Position numbers and translations under genes: made by a program
Source of the DNA: Promethearchaeota archaeon
GTDB taxonomy: Archaea > Asgardarchaeota > Lokiarchaeia > Sigyniarchaeales > SOKP01
Assembly (NCBI GenBank): GCA_004524535.1
Contig: SDNY01000060.1
Span: 1-21,296, forward strand
DNA length: 21,296 bases
Reading direction: 5' to 3'
The notes under the pieces: generated by a model
The model's input: only the letters and a program-made list of their open reading frames with translations
Told to the model about the DNA's origin: nothing
The model's database searches: none
Shown here: piece by piece, positions 17,691-21,296 of the stretch
Layout of the letters: every line of letters begins with the position of its first letter
Numbering within the stretch: the first letter of the stretch is position 1

Positions 17691-18084
17691 TTTATTATTA
17701 ATTCCTCTTCAAAAAGATTTTAATCCTTTATTTTTTGATGCGTTTAAATTAGCACTTTATTAATTATACTAATTTTTTTAAATTATATTTGTCCTTTATT
17801 TATCTAATTTGAAAATTTAGGTTATTTCTTAATATCCTTTCTCTAAATCTACCTAATATCCCCTAATTATATGAAAGTCTAATGAATAAGAAGTTCGAAG
17901 AAGTTAAGCAAAATTAAGCTTCAAATTTAGCCATTCAAAAACGCGTGATTGTACAATAGAAATTCCGTTTTTAAGAATTTATTGAATTATATTTTTATGA
18001 ATATTGCGCCATTTAATTAGAATTACTTTTACATCTATATCATTGGATTAAAAATATTTAAATGTTAACTTTTTGGGATAAAAT

Positions 18085-18840
18085 TTATTTTTTAATCCTT
18101 TTCATTAATTCTGTAAAAATTTCTCCAGCGCTGCCCTTTATAAACACATCAGCCAGATCATCCATCATTGTATTTTCCCGATTAACGAATATTACATAAG
18201 CTCCGTGATTTTTAGCGATGGAGGGCATAAAATTAGCGGGTGATATAACTAATGAGCTTCCAACCATTATAAAACAATCACAATCTCTACAAGCATTCAT
18301 GGCGCCATCAAGAACACTTCTAGGTAATGATTCTCCAAACAACACCACTTTAGGTTTTATATACCCTGAACACTCACACACAGGATATTCCACTCTTTTT
18401 GTATCCACCTCCTCGAAGGCAAATTCTTTCCCACAATTAACACAATGTAATATTCCATAAGCCCCGTGTAATTCATATATCTTTGCGCCATAGGTTCCGC
18501 TTCCTGATTTTTGATGAAGCATATCAATATTCTGAGTAATTATTGCTTTTACCTTTCCTATTTTTTCTAATTCTGCGATGGCTTTATGAGCATTATTAGA
18601 TTCAGCATTGGCGACAATGCCTTCTAATTCTTTATGCATTTGCCAAAATTTAGAGGGATCTTGCAGGAAATATTGATAACTTGCATAAATTGAAGGATCA
18701 TAACGACTCCAAAGCCCTCCTTCGCTTCGAAAATCTTCAATTCCCGATTCTGTAGAAATACCTGCTCCTGAAAATACTACGATATGATTTGACTCTTTTA
18801 TTATTTCTACTGCTTTAGATATCTTTTCTATGTCAACCAT
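18085..18840 (-). CDS. cobB: NAD-dependent protein deacylase (sirtuin, Sir2/CobB family)
   Basis: GAGISTESG..DFR, TQNIDMLH, ELHG, CxxC..CxC zinc site, KPKVVLFGE, GSSL. Confidence 0.93.
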   Translation of the reverse strand: MVDIEKISKAVEIIKESNHIVVFSGAGISTESGIEDFRSEGGLWSRYDPSIYASYQYFLQDPSKFWQMHKELEGIVANAESNNAHKAIAELEKIGKVKAIITQNIDMLHQKSGSGTYGAKIYELHGAYGILHCVNCGKEFAFEEVDTKRVEYPVCECSGYIKPKVVLFGESLPRSVLDGAMNACRDCDCFIMVGSSLVISPANFMPSIAKNHGAYVIFVNRENTMMDDLADVFIKGSAGEIFTELMKRIKK

Positions 18841-18862
18841 TAATAATAAAAAGAATTGTTAT

Positions 18863-20260
18863 TTATTCAATCTTCTGACAGATATTGTCAATTTTTTGAA
18901 TAGTTTCATCAACAATTTCGTCCGTGTGGAGTATACAAGTGTAGAACCTGCTTCCTGCTACAGATATGATTTCTTGATCCACTAATGCAGCTCCCATCTC
19001 GCCCATAAAGTCCTTTCGTAAAGGAATTTGGCCTACTTGAGTGTTGTCATTCAGATCTAATCCAAATACGCAACTGGTGTGAAAGTGTACCGTACCACCA
19101 TAGTTATAGGAGAACCATGGTAACTCGTATTTCTCAAAAACTTCGTTTAAACCTATAGCTAATCGATTTGCAGCATGACCTGCTTTTTGAGTTGCATTAG
19201 TTTCTTCAACAAACTTAATAGCGTGATATGCTGCCGCACATGTTAAGGGATTTGCTGCTATAGTTCCACCAGTATAAGCTCGTTTTCCACCACTAACTCC
19301 AGCAGCGCATAGACTCATTACATCAGCTCTACCTCCCACAGCAGCCGCAGAGGGAAAACCATGGCCTACAATTTTTCCAAACACAGAAATATCTGGTTTA
19401 TATCCGAAATAAGCTTGACCTCCACCCATATGCAATCTAAAAGCACATACAACCTCGTCAGAAATCATTAATGTCCCATTCTCGTGACATAATTCCTCAA
19501 CTTCTTTATTAAATTCAGGTCTAACTGGATTAGCACCTGATTCCCCTCCCATCGGCTCTACTATTACAGCTGCGACCTTTCTTTTTTCTTTAAACATTTC
19601 CCGTAATGCTTCAATATCGTTTGGAGGGACAGATTCAGTAAACTTTAATACGGGTTTTGGAATTCCGTGAGATTCCAGCATTTTTGTTCCCGGAACGTGC
19701 ATATCATAGACGAGCTGATCGCTCCATCCATGGTAGCTACCCCCAATTTTAATGATCCATTTACGATTTGTGAAAGTTCTTGCTATTCTAATTGCTAGCA
19801 TATCAGCCTCTGTACCTGATTGTAACCATCTGACTATCTCACATGACGGAAAATGTTTCTGTAATTGTTCTGCGGCGAGATACTCGTATTCATTAGTGAT
19901 TCCATGGCAAGGACCAATTTCCTTAATTACGTCAGTGACCTTATCTATTAGCGGTTTATATTGATGCCCTAAAATAATGGGACCTCCACACATAAGGTAA
20001 TCTAAAAGCTTAACATCGTCTATAGTTTCCATCCAACACCCGTAAACTTTCTTACTCTCTAAAGGAAAAGGAAAATTAAAAGCAAGATTATGCTCAACTC
20101 CACCGGGAATAATTTTACGCGCTCTATAATACGCATCTTTAGATTTAGGGTGATTTTTATGATATCGTTCGATTATTCCTTTTAATTCTTCAGGTTTAAA
20201 CTTCCTCATTGGAGAACTAACTATATTTTTAATTTTCGCAATTTGATCTTCATATTTCAT
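18863..20260 (-). CDS. Class III PLP-dependent aminotransferase, glutamate-1-semialdehyde aminomutase-like (ATG 20260; TTG 20266 possible)
   Basis: PIILGH, SGTEA, YHG, IVEP, ISDEV..FR, FGK (PLP lysine), GGT..ANPL. Confidence 0.88.
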   Translation of the reverse strand: MKYEDQIAKIKNIVSSPMRKFKPEELKGIIERYHKNHPKSKDAYYRARKIIPGGVEHNLAFNFPFPLESKKVYGCWMETIDDVKLLDYLMCGGPIILGHQYKPLIDKVTDVIKEIGPCHGITNEYEYLAAEQLQKHFPSCEIVRWLQSGTEADMLAIRIARTFTNRKWIIKIGGSYHGWSDQLVYDMHVPGTKMLESHGIPKPVLKFTESVPPNDIEALREMFKEKRKVAAVIVEPMGGESGANPVRPEFNKEVEELCHENGTLMISDEVVCAFRLHMGGGQAYFGYKPDISVFGKIVGHGFPSAAAVGGRADVMSLCAAGVSGGKRAYTGGTIAANPLTCAAAYHAIKFVEETNATQKAGHAANRLAIGLNEVFEKYELPWFSYNYGGTVHFHTSCVFGLDLNDNTQVGQIPLRKDFMGEMGAALVDQEIISVAGSRFYTCILHTDEIVDETIQKIDNICQKIE

Positions 20261-20411
20261 ACTCAATTTATATCAACATCCCTTATACTGCTATTTTACT
20301 ATATTTAATTTAAATTTAAATCTTATTAATAAAGAAATAAAATCATCAAAAAATAAGGTTTTGGTTTAAAATAATAAATTTTTATTTAGAAAAACTTGGT
20401 AGATTAAATTG

Positions 20412-20909
20412 CTATAGGTTTTCTTCGTATCTTTTCAAGTCTATAAAGAGAATCGAGTTGTTTTTTCGATCTCGAAACCATTCAAAACCCATATTAACTT
20501 TTTCTAAATAATAAGATTTCATATTCAAAGTAGTTTCCACCAATAATAGACGACAGGCAATGATTTTACTTGCTTCTAATGACTTTTCTAAGGCAATTTT
20601 AATCAATGCAATTCCTAAATTTTTATCTCTATAATTATTATCTACACCTAAGCGTCCTAAAAGAACTATTGGAACTTTATCTATACCAAATATTCTTGCA
20701 TCTCCTGTGTTTAACTAAGAAGCAGAAAGTGTGAGAAATGCAACTATTTCATTAGAATCTTTCAAACAAAAAACATAGCTTCTTGAAAGTTTTCGCTCTT
20801 GATTGAGGAGAGCCAAGTTATTCAAAAAATTGTTTATATATTTATCTCCACAATCAAATTTATCAATAATTACCTCTTTATCCAGTTCTTTAAAAAATAA
20901 ATCAGTCAA
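20412..20909 (-). pseudogene. GNAT N-acetyltransferase (TacT/AtaT toxin-like), a single 166-codon frame interrupted by an in-frame TAG at 20715-20717
   Basis: The two track ORFs are in the same frame; the gap reads LSAS*LNTGDARIFGIDKVPIVLLGRLGVDNNYRDKNLGIALIK; FDCG and LGRLGVD..YR.K.LG motifs. Confidence 0.8.
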
Positions 20910-20920
20910 TTGAAAAGTCC

Positions 20921-21157
20921 CTATTTTAATTTTTCAATTTCTTCTAATGATATTGTATAATTATTTTCCTCTAGTTTTTTAAAGAATTGGTGAGCAGACT
21001 TAAAAAAAGAACGAGTTTTTTCATTAATATCTATATTTTCAAGCTTTTTTTTGAGATCTTTTATTTCCTTGTCACTTAATATGATCTCTTCAGAATCATT
21101 AAAGAAAAGATTTTCTTCAGGAATATTTTTTTCTTTTTGTACTTTTTTCTCTTGAGT
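20921..21157 (-). pseudogene. 78-residue open frame without a canonical start; putative antitoxin remnant
   Basis: TQEKKVQKEKNIPEENLFFNDSEEIILSDKEIKDLKKKLENIDINEKTRSFFKSAHQFFKKLEENNYTISLEEIEKLK*; ends 11 nt before the GNAT TTG; absent from the ORF track. Confidence 0.5.
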
Positions 21158-21296
21158 TTATTTTTAGATCTATAAATAAACCTTATTTTTAAAAATTATA
21201 AATCTTATTCCGACTAAATTTCTGATTATCCTATTTTAAATTTTGTCGCAAAAATCGAGTAAGGAGCTAGGTCCTAATAAGAAATCAAATAATATA

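Noticed and set aside
17691-18084. ncRNA, small ORF or repeat array in the 394-bp intergenic gap
   Set aside because: Only very short ORFs and weak TAATATCC repeats; no GC-rich stems, tRNA fold or regular spacing.
1428-19964. Short plus-strand ORFs antisense to long genes (1428, 2504, 4640, 5623, 8157, 13341, 18218, 19752)
   Set aside because: They overlap well-supported minus-strand genes and show no recognisable motifs; these are shadow ORFs.
18863-20260. Gene symbol hemL
   Set aside because: Only family-level similarity; several motifs diverge and there is no heme or cobalamin gene context.

Overview
AT-rich archaeal window. The protein families and style suggest Asgard/Lokiarchaeia, which is an inference only. 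Positions 553-14479 (minus strand) hold a large heterodisulfide-reductase-like redox cluster: an HdrD-like Fe-S/CCG protein, three paralogous double-flavin HdrA systems each split or fused differently with MvhD, and an FrhB-family F420-binding subunit. No hydrogenase or formate dehydrogenase catalytic subunit is present. Two of the three MvhD domains carry a C-terminal winged-helix-like extension. Divergent from the cluster are two tandem stand-alone 7-TM paralogs sharing a nearly identical 45-nt 3' end, followed by an HhH/Zn-ribbon protein. The rest (minus strand) encodes a CaCA antiporter, a sirtuin, a class III aminotransferase and a probable GNAT toxin-antitoxin pair. The toxin frame is interrupted by one in-frame TAG and the antitoxin frame lacks a canonical start. 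I saw no rRNA, tRNA, CRISPR array or transposase.
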